Shown piece after piece: positions 26,478 through 40,963 of a stretch of DNA of 64,000 bases. Numbering within the stretch: the first letter of the stretch is position 1; every line of letters starts with the position of its first letter. The notes beneath the pieces were generated by a model. It had not been told where the DNA came from, searched no databases, and saw only the letters and a program-made list of their open reading frames with translations. The stretch comes from Octopus sinensis (taxonomy: Eukaryota). A program made the translations under genes and the position numbers. The stretch is taken from NCBI RefSeq assembly GCF_006345805.1, contig NC_043015.1:36332001-36396000 (forward strand), written 5' to 3'.

Positions 26478-28301
26478 TACATATACAAACATATATATAT
26501 ATTTATATATGTATGTATATGTATATCTATATATATATTATATATATATATATATATATACATGCATATCGTAATGAATATCTCCCCGAAAAATATCTGG
26601 CCGCTAGGGTATACCATGTGCTGTGCTAATACTATATTTTATACATTCAGGTGGATGACACGCAAAGCGGATTTCGGGGTGGTTTGAGATCATGACTTGA
26701 AGTGCTACAACTGTATTTGATAAGATATTTTACCATAATGTCTGAAGATTCTGTCAATCTACGCTCCATCAGCATATTGTTTGAGTATGTTCTATTTGCG
26801 GTAGACAAGTACAACACATTTCAAAATTGAAATAAACATTTGCATATAACAGAAAAAAATGTTAACATTTGTAGTAAAGAAATTTAAATTTCAAATTGTT
26901 GAAACTTTAGATTTATGCTCAAGAACTCATCTACAACACCTTGGAAATTTGTTTCAAATATTATATTTTTTTTTTTAGCATATTTCTTTTTCATTTTCAC
27001 CACATGATATATGCTTTCTTTGCAATATTTGACAGTTTGGCACCATTGTGGAAAAAAAATTTATATATTTAGTTTGTTTTGTATCCATACTTTACATATT
27101 ATTATTAATATTATTATCATCATCAATATAGTTTTTACAATCATAATCGTTGTTGTTGTTGTTGTAGTTCTTCCGTGTTTTTGTTTATTCTTCTCTTTCG
27201 AAACATACTTTTAAAATAAGGAATTCGTTAAATTCATTAAACATTATTTTTTCTTTCTGTTAAACTTTCCTAACAGTATCGTATTGTCTGGAAAGAATCG
27301 TGCAAATCATAGCGAAGTTCCTTTAGGCAATGATACGGAATTAAATTCACAATTCTGCGATTTCATTCCTAAACATTTCCATTGTATAAGGAATGGTAAA
27401 ACCCATACAACTTTTGTTATAATAATGGAAAATTCATAAAAGCATCAAAATACACACTGATACGATTCCATAAAATATTCCTAATATATTCATATTGGTG
27501 CTAAAAATTTTCTAATCATATGTAAAACCTGCGGCTATCATATAATTTTTAGACAATATGAGACGAATCACATACAAGAATGCGTTTTGTCTATAATAAT
27601 AATATATAATGGAAATTCTATGAAATGTCTATAAGCACTTCCCCAAATAATATGCACATATAATATATATACACACACACAAATATACGTATTCATATAT
27701 ATGTATATGTATATATTTAGGCATATAGGTTTGTATAGACACATACTTGCAAACATATAGATAGATGTATATAAAAATGTACAGTGACTCATGAAGATGT
27801 AACTGGATAGGTATGCATATGCTTACAAACATACGCATACACCTGTATATATATATATAAATACAGAGAGAGAGAGAGAGTTGCTTATACATATATATAT
27901 GCATGTACATATATTCGGATATAGATATATACACGTACACATATATACATACACTTGAATATAGGCAGACTTAACCGTGTGTGCATGCGTGTGTGTATGT
28001 GTGTTATTGTGTGTGTTTTGTAGATATAAAACGTAAGTTTCAGCAAATTAATTGATAAAATAGGATCCAAATGAGACAAATGTTTGGTTCAGATATTCGA
28101 TTATATTGAGTGCAGCACTTAAGTGGTATATATTCTCTTGACCCAGGAGTTATAAAGGATTGCGTTGAATTCAACTTGGCTTAAACACGTAACTTAAAAA
28201 ACAAAATCTCATAATATTCATTAGATTTTGTCGGTCCAGCTAACACCGGTCGTACCTCATTTGTATTAAAGCCATAGTATCTTATAGACTTAGAACAGAA
28301 A

Positions 28302-28425
28302 CCTGGCTGCGTGGTTAAGAAACTCGTTTTGCAATCGCATGATTTCGGGTCCATTCCCATTGAGTGACATGTTAGGCAACTGCCTTATAGTATAAGCCCC
28401 GTCCTACCAATGCCTAGAGGTTGAA
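28302..28425 (+). mobile_element. Degenerate SINE head
   Basis: TGGCTGCGTGGTTAAGAAACTCG...GGGTCCATTCCC matches the tRNA-like head of the 25179 family. Confidence 0.55.
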
Positions 28426-29240
28426 TTTGCTTGAGAGAAATATATATATATACATATATATTTCTACCAATTTATGCCTCTCGGACATAGAAACCCTCCG
28501 TCTACAAACAACCACTAGCCATGCTTACATTTCCCGCTCTACCTTGCTTAATTCTTACACATTTTCTTTCTCCCCTACGACCAGAAATATTTCCCTACCC
28601 TCACCCCTCTGATTTACCTTCTCTTCGAATGCTAATCCCTCTATTGAATCCTGTGATTAAGCTAAACTCTTCTATTATCTCCTACTGACCTGCGCAAATT
28701 CCTCCTTCCCCTCACTACGCTATAATTTATTCTATTTTCCTTCATTTTTTTATTATTATTTTTTTCATTCTTCTACTATTTATTTCTCTCTACATTTATA
28801 CATCCTTCACAAACTCAGCCCTCCACATATTCTGATTGGATCCTCTTTGCATCAGCATATACCTCCTTGCGACAATGTAGCATTTACATATATCAAGATT
28901 AGCCGGTGCTACACACCTCGCTTGGATTTTGCGACTACTTATGTTCCAATCCCTATGAAACATATGTAGATCGGAGTTTTCCTGCTCCATTCTTTAATTA
29001 ATTTTGCAGGAAGGACTACTTCGGCCAGATCGTGTTCTACTCTTACCTTCGAAACACGCATTGAGTCGCAACAGGGGCAGCTGAAGAAGGGGGATATTCC
29101 TTGTATTGTTTGTCTTGTACTCTGTTTTTTCGTTGTTAAAAAAAGTCCGTTTCCTTGTTTGATTTTATGTTTTCGTTTCTCGTTGTTTTCTACGTTTATT
29201 ATATATGCATATATATATACATATATATGTAGGTAAGTAC

Positions 29241-29273
<33 letters not shown>

Positions 29274-29429
29274 TGTATGCATATGTTTTATTTATTAAAT
29301 TGTTATTATATATCTTTATAAATACACACTTATATGTAAAAATATGTACACTTACATACCTACATTTATACACACACAGATATGTACCTGAGGGGGTCTC
29401 CTCATATACATATCTGAATAACCATGGGA

Positions 29430-29590
29430 TTACACCTAGAAAGTACTCTTCGAGGCACAAGTCCGGGTAAGTTTGTTTATGGAAGGCCAGCAGTCGCCCA
29501 TGCATACCAATCTCTCACCTTCATATCACTGATCTTATCCAAGGGAAAGGCAAACTCATTTCTACAGCTGTGTAGCGGTAGAGTCTGACC
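29430..29590 (-). mobile_element. SINE/LINE-tail fragment
   Basis: ttcgaggcacaagtccggg...tttatggaaggccagcagtcgcccatgcatacc...ttatccaagggaaaggcaaa, recognised from memory as a common octopus repeat. Confidence 0.4.
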
Positions 29591-30394
29591 TGCCAAACCA
29601 TAGAAATTCCTAAATTCTTTTCTCATTACTACTAACCCCCCCTCCCTGCCCCACTACTTAGACTCTACCACTACACATTGGTCACTCCTTTACCTTTTAT
29701 AACCAACCCCCATTCCTTCTATCTTTAATACCTTTCTCTCTCAATCACCCTTTATCTCCCCACTCCTACTTTCAAATTATCTCCACTGACCATTAACTGC
29801 TACTTTAACCTTATTTTTCTTTCTCCATTTCTTTAACTTTCCTCTTTCCCCCCTCCTGTTTTTTTTATTTCTCTATTATTTTATCACTTTTCTTCTTACT
29901 TTCTCCTCCTTTTTCTCTCTCTTTTCTTTTTTCTCTTTCTTTATTCCTCTCTTCCTGTTTCGAATTGACCCTACTAATACACTCCCTATTTTTAGGTCAC
30001 TTTAAAGAAAATCCTTTAATTCAAAAATCAATGTGTATAGACTCCATACTTGCAATGAACAATTTCAAATACCATTGGATTTTACTCATAAAGTATTGGA
30101 ATCTTATGTATTCTTTTTTCTGTCTTTTTCTTTTCGCCTGTTATAAAATTGTAACTGATTATGTCATTCCATCAACGTGTGGACACTGGTTGTTCTCGTT
30201 TATACTTTACGTTTAAGTTTCTATAATTTTGAATTAGTATCACTTCTTATTTTGAACTTGACAAAGCCAGACTTACTGTTGAAATATTGTTCAACTAATA
30301 CAATATCTTACAGTCGAATCACGCTCTTCGTCTTGACTGTTTATCTTTGTGAAGCGCTACGTCAATCCTTTTTAAAAGACTATTATTATTATTA

Positions 30395-30431
<37 letters not shown>

Positions 30432-30432
30432 G

Positions 30433-30568
30433 AATGAGAGAGCAGTGCATGCCATCAAAGTGACCCTGGGGTAAAATATACGAAGCCCAGTATACTCATC
30501 ATGACTACTCGTCTGATAAGGGTACACTAGGCACATGCATCACAGCCATATGTGCGCGACAAGGTGAT

Positions 30569-30572
<4 letters not shown>
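30433..30572 (-). mobile_element. Retroposon 3' fragment embedded between (ATT)n tracts
   Basis: Unique 140-bp segment flanked on both sides by (ATT)n; recognised from memory as a common octopus repeat tail. Confidence 0.45.
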
Positions 30573-30599
<27 letters not shown>

Positions 30600-30830
30600 G
30601 CATTATTACTTGGCTCAAGTTCGATCGTACTCCTGTTGAGATTTATCTGGCTAACAGATTACTACCTCTAATCTTAGTTTTCCACAATTTTTCAGCAGTT
30701 TTCCAAGTGCTTAGAACCCTCCTGATAATCCTTGCTGCCTCTAAGAGATAAACTTTCCCTAGGAGCTCTACAATTTTTATAGAGTATCGAGCACAATTTT
30801 TAGCTTATCATGTACAATTTTTGTAGCCTC
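30600..30830 (-). pseudogene. 3' end of an RLE-type (R4/Dong-like) non-LTR retrotransposon
   Basis: Reverse complement of 30706-30780 encodes IKIVELLGKVYLLEAARIIRRVLST, like the R4/Dong ORF end (I.I..LQK..LLGTARI.RRVL); the 3' end runs into (AAT)n. Confidence 0.5.
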
Positions 30831-30984
30831 ATTTCGTCCATCTGTGCGTTCTAAATTATAATTCCGCCGAGTAGAATTTGTACTTTATCCTTTAAGGCAC
30901 GCACACAGACACATGCACACACACGAGCAGCAACACACACGCACACTTAAAAACATATATACATCTATCTATTCCTCAATCACT

Positions 30985-30998
30985 CTTCTATCTATGTG

Positions 30999-31064
<66 letters not shown>

Positions 31065-31095
31065 GATCGATCGATCGATCTATCTATCGATCTAT
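30985..31095. repeat. (TATC)n/(GATC)n microsatellite
   Basis: Directly visible. Confidence 0.9.
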
Positions 31096-31717
31096 TGATT
31101 TGTCTGTGTGTATGTCTGTCTTTACACAAACATACAACGAATGGCCAGCAGTTCCCGCGTCTCAAAGAATTCGTTGAACCCAATCGCCGCTACAAGAGAA
31201 AGCTCTTGCACAAGTTACCACGCAGTAGAAACAAACTTTACTCGCCCCAAATTGCTGTGGTGATATTCTAAAGCTCTCAGGTCAATTCAGAAATGTTAAA
31301 TAAATATATTTTGTTAATATTTTCTCTATTTTCATAGAAATGAAAATCGATATCGGTTTTTGAAACTTGTAAACATCTCAGATGAAGTCTGTCTATGCTA
31401 CCAGAGCGGTGTACGATGCCTGTGCTTCATGGAAAACGTTCTGTATTTGGGCGCATGCGTCACTGTTTCTATGTGTATGAGTGTGTGTGTGTGTGTGTGT
31501 GAATGAGTAGCTCTTACAATGTGTTTCTGCGTTTATTTTCTGCATTTTGTATACGAATGCCTGCCAATATGTGCACGTGAGCTGTTAGGTGAGTTCGCAG
31601 ATTATTCTCTTTGTTTGTGTGCATATGTGTCTTGTCTTCATCAGCTTGCTATATGTCTTGCATTTACGTACCTTTTCATGTATGTGTTACTATTTTCTTT
31701 TTTTACTAAATATCCGT

Positions 31718-31869
<152 letters not shown>

Positions 31870-33499
31870 CAGATAGATATGTGTGTGTGTGTGTGTACGT
31901 ATGCATGTATTATGGATATAGACACGTATGTGCATGTATTTGTTTGATTTCTACCATGTGATACTTATTCAAAATGTTTTACAACCAGGTCATCTTTGTA
32001 TGCAGTAGATTAACATCTCTTCCAGCTGCTTAATGCCGCATCCACTTAAGTTGAATAAAAGATGTATTAGAAGTCTCATCTGAAATAAAAGTGCATATCT
32101 GATTTGTGTTAAGATTTCGTTGAACTATTCAATATTTTTATCAAAACAATTTCTTATAATATTATCAAGATGGCGAACAAGTTTCGTGCATCTACATCTG
32201 GTACTGCTTCTTTCACTTTGTCTCTCCTCGATTGATGGAATCACAGGTAGCCTTATTCCCGTGAGAAAGACATTCTGAACCTTGCCTTGCTATATTTTCA
32301 CCTTTTAAGATTACAGTTGCTATTATGTCTGGAGAGAAGTGAAAAGAATTGACATCAATCATGGAGTAGAAATCTATTTCTCAGAATGAGACGACTGGGA
32401 ATTGTTGTACGGCGTCGTTAATGATCTGTCTCTGCTCAATGGCGATTGAGGCTGTTTTGGAGGCGGTGCGCTTTTGCAAGTGGTGTTGAACACTGACAAG
32501 TTCACATACACTGCCATACACACAGGCACACCTCCCCACTTACACACACATGCACAAATACAAATGCGCATACACACGTAAAAACAAAAAGAATGAGATA
32601 GGAAGGGAGAGACAAATAATGCATTTTATTAAGTTAGCGCTATTGGCATAAACGCGTTTCGTCTCTTCAAATGTGTAAAGAGAAATATGTTCGCACATAT
32701 AAGCTGAGAGAAAGACAGAGAGAGAGAGAGAGTGAGTGAGTGAGAAATAGAGAGAGAGTGAGAGAGATTACAATTTATTAATTGAACACGATTGTATAAT
32801 CTCACTGTGTGTCATCAAACGGTTAAAGAATATTCGACTCAAACCAAAGAATAACAAATATAAAGTAGAGATGTTTCATACTCCCGTAGTTTGCCCTGGG
32901 TTCCAGTCAGGGAAATAATCATTTCTAGATCAATTTTGGCGGGATTGAAAGTAAGAATTTTAAATCGGGCAAGTTGGAAATAGACGTCTAGAATAAACAA
33001 ACCGATGTTATTAATGAACGAAACTCAACTAGGAGAATGCGGTCTGTAATTTCGAAACCAAAAATGTGCAAGAAAATTACTTCATCAACGAAGAAGTCTT
33101 AAATGAGTCGTAGTGGATATATTGCATAATGTGAAAATCAACATCACGAAAAAAGTCACATTAAACACGAGCACGAAATTTTGTCAAAGCCGACTCACAT
33201 GGCAAAACGTCCTGTGTGAGTCGGCTAATTTATAAGAAGCCTTATCCATTATAGTTTAGGTAACGATAAAAAATTTGTTGGCATATTTTATTAATTGCGA
33301 AATGTTGCTTAACATCTTCAAGTCCGAGAGAGGATAGAAAGCAATAAGTCGATCCAGTGTTGGAATCGGTTGAGATTTGTCCTTTTCCAGTTTTAAGAAT
33401 GATAGAATTGTTATTAATGCTCGTTTGAATGAACTAATTTTAGAATATCGTTTAAGACTTCTTGCTCGCTGAATCGTTCGTCCGTCGCATAAAATGATT

Positions 33500-33660
33500 A
33501 ACGGCGTTTCGTCTGTCTTTATGTTCTGATTTCAAATTCCACTGAGGTCGACTTTGTATTTCGGGGTCCAAAAAGTAAGTATCAACTGAACACTGGTTCG
33601 ATCTATTCGACTTAACCTCTCACGCAAGTTGATTGGACTTGAGCTAAAATTTAACCAGTA
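33500..33660 (+). mobile_element. Degenerate SINE
   Basis: ttctgatttcaaattccactgaggtcgactttg...tttcggggtc matches 44000-44100 and 63260. Confidence 0.55.
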
Positions 33661-34269
33661 TTAAAATATTATTTAGAAAGTTTAATATCAGAAAACTACA
33701 TATACAAATGAGTATATATTTATTTTCGCGTCAACTAAATGAACTCAAACAAGCGTGAAACTCCAGTATTTTATTTGCAAACATATCCACCTAAATTTCC
33801 AGGTAATTAGTTATCCGCGTCTAGCTTCATGTTTTAGTTTGTAGGAAAGCATTAACTCTGTCAAAAAGTCGCCGTCTTTAAACAAACACAGACAAACATC
33901 AAATATAAATAGTAAACATATGTTTTACTAATCAACATATCATGAATATGTTTAATCTTCAAAATTCAATTCGTAGAAACCCATTTCCAATCACTTTGTT
34001 GATGTTGTTGTTGAGCCAGAGGTCACACTTGAGAGAGATGACCTCCATTCGAAAATGTTCTCAGCACGTATTTACCTGAGGATAAAAATCGATTATATCG
34101 ATCACTAATTCTTTCATGTCAGCAAATTATTAATTTCGGCTGCATATTGGACAGGATTACTGGCGGCATTTATTTTGACTCTGCACTCTGAGTTCGAATC
34201 ACGCCTACGGAAAATTTACCATTTATCCTTTCAGGCTTGATGGAAAGTATAAACCCAGGGTGAAGGTTA

Positions 34270-34990
34270 TGCGCCACAGCTACAGCGTCAGGCATGGTGC
34301 CTCGAAAGATCTGTTCCCAATCTTTGAGTCCTGAGAGCAATTCTTTCTCAGTCACAATGCCAAGATGTGGCTTTCCAATGCGGCACCAATTTCACTTGAA
34401 TTGACACTGAGAGCGTCGAGAAGTGATGCTTCATGTCCCGCGTATATATGTGAAGTTGCTTACTTAAACTTGAACAATGCGCTTTCTGATTACTTTTTCG
34501 CAACTGTTGCAATGAGTTCGATCCCAACAGCCAATTCAGTCATAACCTCGGTTGCTTTTGTTTATCTGACTATCATATCTAACGTCCCACTTAGGTTTTA
34601 CAACTTTCTCTTTTTACCAACTATTCTGCTTGAAATGTGCACCACTGGCCCTAATACATCACATTTCCTAGTCCTGATCTACGTTCTAAGTTCATTCATC
34701 CAAGACGTACCCTGTCAACTTGGCATCCGCATATAAAAACATGCACAAGCTCTTTGGAGACACCGTTTTCCTCTTCCTTACAGAGAGAGATTACCGGAAA
34801 CTGTAAAAAAGAGGGCTGTTGCAATCCGGGCTAAATTCCCTTGCTATTTCTTACAAGTCATCCATCCAAGTGTGGTTTCCTTAATTCCCAGTCTTCCAGT
34901 CCGATGCACATCTGACACATCTAGCCATCCATAGTGTCTGCTGCGTTTCTCGTGATGGGAAGATTCAGGCAGCCGCACTATTTTTTTTTT
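34270..34990 (-). pseudogene. Degenerate RTE-type LINE reverse transcriptase fragment
   Basis: Collinear minus-strand remnants: QG, FLYADAKL (YADD motif), IRTRKCDVL, YIRGT*SITSRR and LGIVTEKELL; multiple stops and frameshifts. Confidence 0.45.
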
Positions 34991-35204
34991 TCTATTTCTT
35001 TGATGTTCGGTGAAATTTAATATTCGATTTCTTGTTTTCATTGAATACAGTTGGAATCAGTTGTCGCTTAATTAATGTTCAACAAATCAAAGGAAAAATT
35101 AAATTTGTAGTTTGTGAAACTATCTATGACTTCTCTATTACGAAATTTTTATTTATATTAATAATGTTTATAGTTTGTGATCTCCTACACACAAACACGC
35201 CCAT

Positions 35205-35249
<45 letters not shown>

Positions 35250-35306
35250 CGCGCACACACACACAAATGCACACACACACAAATATATATATATATATAT
35301 ATATAG

Positions 35307-35349
<43 letters not shown>

Positions 35350-35368
35350 AATATACACACACACACAC

Positions 35369-35400
<32 letters not shown>

Positions 35401-35732
35401 AAGACACATGCATATATATATATATACCTTCTTTTATTTGAGAATTTATGAACTCAATGAGTAGATTTTCATAAATATATAGATAACATACGTACGTATG
35501 GGTGGGGCTCATATATGTATATATAAATATATATATATATATCCATATACATATACATATATACACACACATATATATCTTTTATTTTGCAATATACAAG
35601 CCCAATATTTAGATTCATATAAATATATAAATACTGTTCGTGTATACATATACACACATATATATATATATATGTATATATATATGTTATATATATATAT
35701 ATACATATATATATACATATATATATAAATAT

Positions 35733-35763
<31 letters not shown>

Positions 35764-35928
35764 GATATACATATGTGTGTGTTTGTGTTTCTGTGCATAT
35801 ATATGTATATATATATATTATATTTATACATACATATCTATACATATGTGTATATATATATATGTATATATATATGTATATATATTTATATATATATATA
35901 TATGTATATATATATTTATGTATATATG

Positions 35929-35961
<33 letters not shown>

Positions 35962-36780
35962 GCGTATCTATATATATATATATATATATGCAAACATTTC
36001 TATGATATCATTTAGATCACAGAGCGCACTATATATTTCTGAGCGGTCGATATGAAAGAGCCGAGTGAATAAATTTTATAACAGTCTAGCCACATTAAAT
36101 ACGTTACATATGTGTCTACATACATACCTACATATATATATACATACATACAAACATATATACATACATGTATACATACACGTACATACACTTATATCTT
36201 TCTTGACGAATTGCTCTCACTATGAGGAAGATGGCTGATTAGCAATTTTTCTGAAAACGATTCAAGCATCATTGTCAATCTACCTTGTCGGACTTACAGA
36301 GATATAAAATACAGGCCAACCTCCAAAGGAAAGTAAACCATGTTTACAATGATTAGATAACTCAGTTTCATTTATCACTTCTCGTTTCTCCATTTATCTC
36401 TCCCTCTCACACTTTTTCTCTTTGTAGTTATAAGGTTATTGACAGACGAATACACTGTGTAAGGTATTAACTTCCATTCAAGGCTTGTACAAAAATCTCC
36501 ATATATTTTGTGTCGTCAGGAATCTCTGAATGTCTTACAGTCGCTTCCTGCCATCCAGTAAAGGGACAGCAGAAAAAAGGAACAGGCTGTATAGGTTTGC
36601 CTCTGTATGGGGCACCACATCCTTGATTAAATTGTTGAGGCTTATGGCCTTTCTAGTTCCCCTCTTTAGACTTGTCACACCTATCCACCTGACATACACC
36701 GATCTTCTTCAAGTACATTAAAAGATTAACAACAGAGTTATTTCATTTTGAAACTTTATCTAATCTATATATGCATATAT

Positions 36781-36847
<67 letters not shown>

Positions 36848-37657
36848 ATATATATATATTTTATATGTATGTATGCATATACGTATATTACATTCCAAAC
36901 TGTTTTCATTCTAAGAGTTTTTAAAGTCAGAGTAAGGAGTCATGTTTAAATTTGATACCTGGCAAGAACAGAATATTTTAGTGGTTACTATAGCTAACAC
37001 AAGATGTAGAAACAGGTATAGAGGTACTTAGAAAAGAACCAAAAACACCTACGCACTCACACAAACCTACCTAATCTTATACGAGGATCTACTATCAAAC
37101 ATCCACCAATACACACATACACAGATTAATGATATGTTCGTATATATTCATGAAGAGAGTGAATATGTGTGTGAGCATATGTATTACACTGTCCCTTAGT
37201 TTCACGCTACTATTTTCATCAGGTCATTCATAGAAATTATTCCTCATCTGTTTAAAAGTGTTTTTATATTTCGCAAAATTTCCTTCTTCAAATGTGCATT
37301 ACTGTTCTGTTGTTGAATTCGCACCTTTGCAGAATGGAAGTACTTAAACTTCACAGTTCCGTTCCAGATCAGATAGCTATATGCCTCCTTAATATATTTC
37401 TCCTTTGGTTTTCGATGTTAAACTGTTGATGTTGCACATTATTCTGCATAGTGATAATCCAGCCTGTCACATATAATTTCCCAAACACGAGGAGCATCCT
37501 ATAACGTAATTCAAGTTCGCTGATTTGTAAGTTCGGCCTCTTTTTATCTTAACACTTCTTCATATACGTATAAAGTTTCAAAGCAGACCACCCCTTCACA
37601 TTTCTTATATCGGTTTTAAATTCGTGAATAAATTAATATATACACACACACATATAC

Positions 37658-37738
<81 letters not shown>

Positions 37739-38150
37739 CATGTGTTTCAGTTTGGATTTGGTTAGTAAGATTCTTAATATGAGTTCGTGTCTTGAAGCAC
37801 ATTCTGTTGTGTCTGGGGAGAGTCATTTTCTTTTTGTGCCTTATAATGTAACACACTCACCGGTAAAATTTCCGATTATTTCTTATTTTTATTTTCCTAA
37901 AATTTTCGTTGCGTCTTGCAGCCTTTTGAATAGTCTTGGCTCTGTCCATTATTTACACTGCGTTCCTTTTTGTTTGCTTGTGCGCATATTTTTGATAACA
38001 TTCGTTTTTTCAAGAAGAACCGAAATATGTAAAATCTCTAAGAAAATTAAAATGTATCTTATATAATGGCATTTTCAAACTTTTTAATATATATATATAT
38101 ATATAAATATAGCAATAAGGGTTATATATATATATATGTATATACGTATG

Positions 38151-38202
<52 letters not shown>

Positions 38203-39806
38203 CAGATAGAGAGAGAGAGTATGAGAGAGAAAGTAAGACAGATAGATAGATATATGCATTCGTTGACGCATTTGTTTGTGTGTTTATGTAAGTTTGGAAA
38301 ATTTTGTAGTTGATGTGCATTAAGTATTGTTGTATGTTGAATCATTGTTAATCTTTAATAGATTTAAATGTAACTCGGAAATATTCGCCCCGCAGCAGAT
38401 TTGTAACATTTCGATGGAAACATTAAATTTATTGCCAGAAAGGGAATCTTTGTTTTGGTCCCACTACATTATTATTTGTCTGAAAGGCTAAATATATTTT
38501 AATGCATATGTATATATTATAAACATTAAATATGAAGACAGATATAGACAAAAATTCCGTTAAAAGAAAAATGCATTTGAACAATAATGCTTACAGAAAA
38601 TTTGCATTAAATTCTATTTTGTTTAACTTTGGAACCACTGATGTTATTTAACATTGCAAGGGGATAAATATGGTTAAATTGTTATAATATATCTTTGCTT
38701 GTATTTGAATATAAGCCACATCAGCAAGAGAAAGAAGAATGTTTGCAGCCAGCCAAAATGGCGAAGCTGTTTCCGCCTTTTGTTAAAGACAATGGCTGTC
38801 GTATGCGGCAATAATTTATTAGAAAACAAAAGATTGTGTTTCACAATATCTCGCAATCTTTCCTATTAATATTTCATTGTGAATCTATTTCGAGTTTAGA
38901 TATTAAGCAATTTTAAATGCAATTTGTCAGTTTTAAAGATAGGATGGTCACGGCCGAAACGACTCTTATCGTTATAAGGACTGTTTTGTATCCGACTAAT
39001 GGTTTAGCTGCATTTCTTTCGGCTTTACGTTCTGAGTTCAAAACACTGCTGTGGCCTATTTTGCGTCCATCTTTACGGAACTCGATAAAATAAATACCAC
39101 TTTAGCACTAGGAGTCGATGTAATTACCTGTCCATTAGCTTTGAAATTTCGGGCCTTGTTCTTGTAATAAAAAGCATTATTATAGTTTCTGTTGAAGGTG
39201 GAGCCTTTGTAGGATCGGTGAGTGTTGGGAAAATTGTTTCTGGTAATTTTTCCGTACCTGTACATTCGAAGTTCAAATACTTGCGATGTTATCTTTGTCT
39301 TTCATTCCGTCAATGTAAATAAGATAAGATATCAAAAATGGATTAGGGACCGTGGTATCAAGTAAGGCTCTGCCCTTGAATATTGCTTGCATTGGGACCA
39401 AATTGGAAACCAATGTTAGAGGGCAGCTCTAACCTTGCTGATCTGAATGAAACGGCTGCAACTGAAACTGAAACAAGTAGACTCTGATTGGTTGATAGAT
39501 TGGCTAGATAGAGCAGTATAGTCGCCCTCAAACCCCCGTTCTACTGTTTAAATACAGAACAAAATATGCGGAAGAAAATGTAATCTTCAAAATATGCGGA
39601 AGAAATGTAATCTTCAATTGTTAGGGCTGGAGTGCCACAGGGAGGTTTGTCTGGGTTGTATGTATGCAGGAATATGTGAATGCACATATTTGAGCGTGAG
39701 TATATATGTGTGGACGTATACGCATCGATAAGCCTGTTGCGGATATGTATGTATATATGGATGAGTCTATGTAAATATTTTGAATGGCGAACGGGCACAT
39801 GTAAAT

Positions 39807-39842
<36 letters not shown>

Positions 39843-40718
39843 ATATTTGTGTCTATAGGTGTATGCGTATATTGTCGCATGCTCTCCTGGATTTGATTTC
39901 AGATGGAAGAAGACGAAGAAAAAATAAAGAAAAATAAAGAATCAGAAGAAAGAGTAAAAAAGAAGGACATGAAGAAGGAAGCCTGGGGAAATAAAAAGAA
40001 CGACAAGAACAATCACACGAAGAAAAAAAAGACGAAGAGGATGAGGAAGAAAATGAAGGAAGCGGAGGAGGTGCAGGGGGGATATGAAGATGAAAAAGAA
40101 GGAACAAATCCGAGAAGAATAAAAAGCATTAACACGACGACGATAAGAAGAAGAACATCAGCGAAGATGACTGCAGCAAGATTAACGACAACAGCAATAA
40201 CAACAATAACAGTAACAAAAACATGTTGGGAAATTGCTAAGACTTTACGCGATAACAGCAAGAAGAATCTTGTGGAAAGCAAGGAATTTTTCTCACAACA
40301 AATATCGAAATACCTCTTCCCTCTATTGAATAGAAGATCCTGTTTGATAATGAGGAAGACATCAAATTTCACGGCTGCCATTGGGGCCGATTGTGTTTTA
40401 TGGCATAATGCATTCGAGTCACATGATTATCCTCATATCTAGAGAAGGGAGAGTGCATAAATGAGTTTTCCCGCTCTGATAAGATATGGCAGCAAAGTCT
40501 TCCTCAAATGAAACGATCAGGAGTCTTAATTAAAAGAAGATTGCAAACAAGCATATCTGAACTTTATGTAATTATCACTAATTAGAACAAGAAAAATCAT
40601 TGTGATTAGAAAATTACTTAAATACACACACACATACACAGACATGCAAACACACATACACATACATACAACCAATACATACACACATAGGCTCATGTGC
40701 ATGTATAATTTACTATAT

Positions 40719-40768
<50 letters not shown>

Positions 40769-40870
40769 AAAATGAGGGTGAGAAATTAGATATTAATTTA
40801 ATTAACATCGATTTCACACCAGTGGTTTAGCTTATAAAAAAAAAATGAAGGTTCAGTAAAATTGTATTAT

Positions 40871-40963
40871 ATACATATTAGAGGAAAGCCACTATGTGGG
40901 CAGCCTTATACTAGAAATAGATCCGCTATGGTCTTGCCATAGTGGTTTCCCTCTAATATGTAT
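40871..40963. repeat. 93-bp inverted repeat (26-bp arms), mini-MITE-like
   Basis: ATACATATTAGAGGAAAGCCACTATG versus reverse complement ATACATATTAGAGGGAAACCACTATG (2 mismatches). Confidence 0.75.

Noticed and set aside
29040-29100. Possible type II hammerhead (CGAAAC...GTC...CTGAAGA)
   Set aside because: Stem I cannot pair and stem III is only 2 bp with no palindrome.
39903-40442. 179-aa K/E-rich ORF, one of the longest in the window
   Set aside because: Purine-rich low-complexity tract plus (ACA)n; no domain or codon structure evident.
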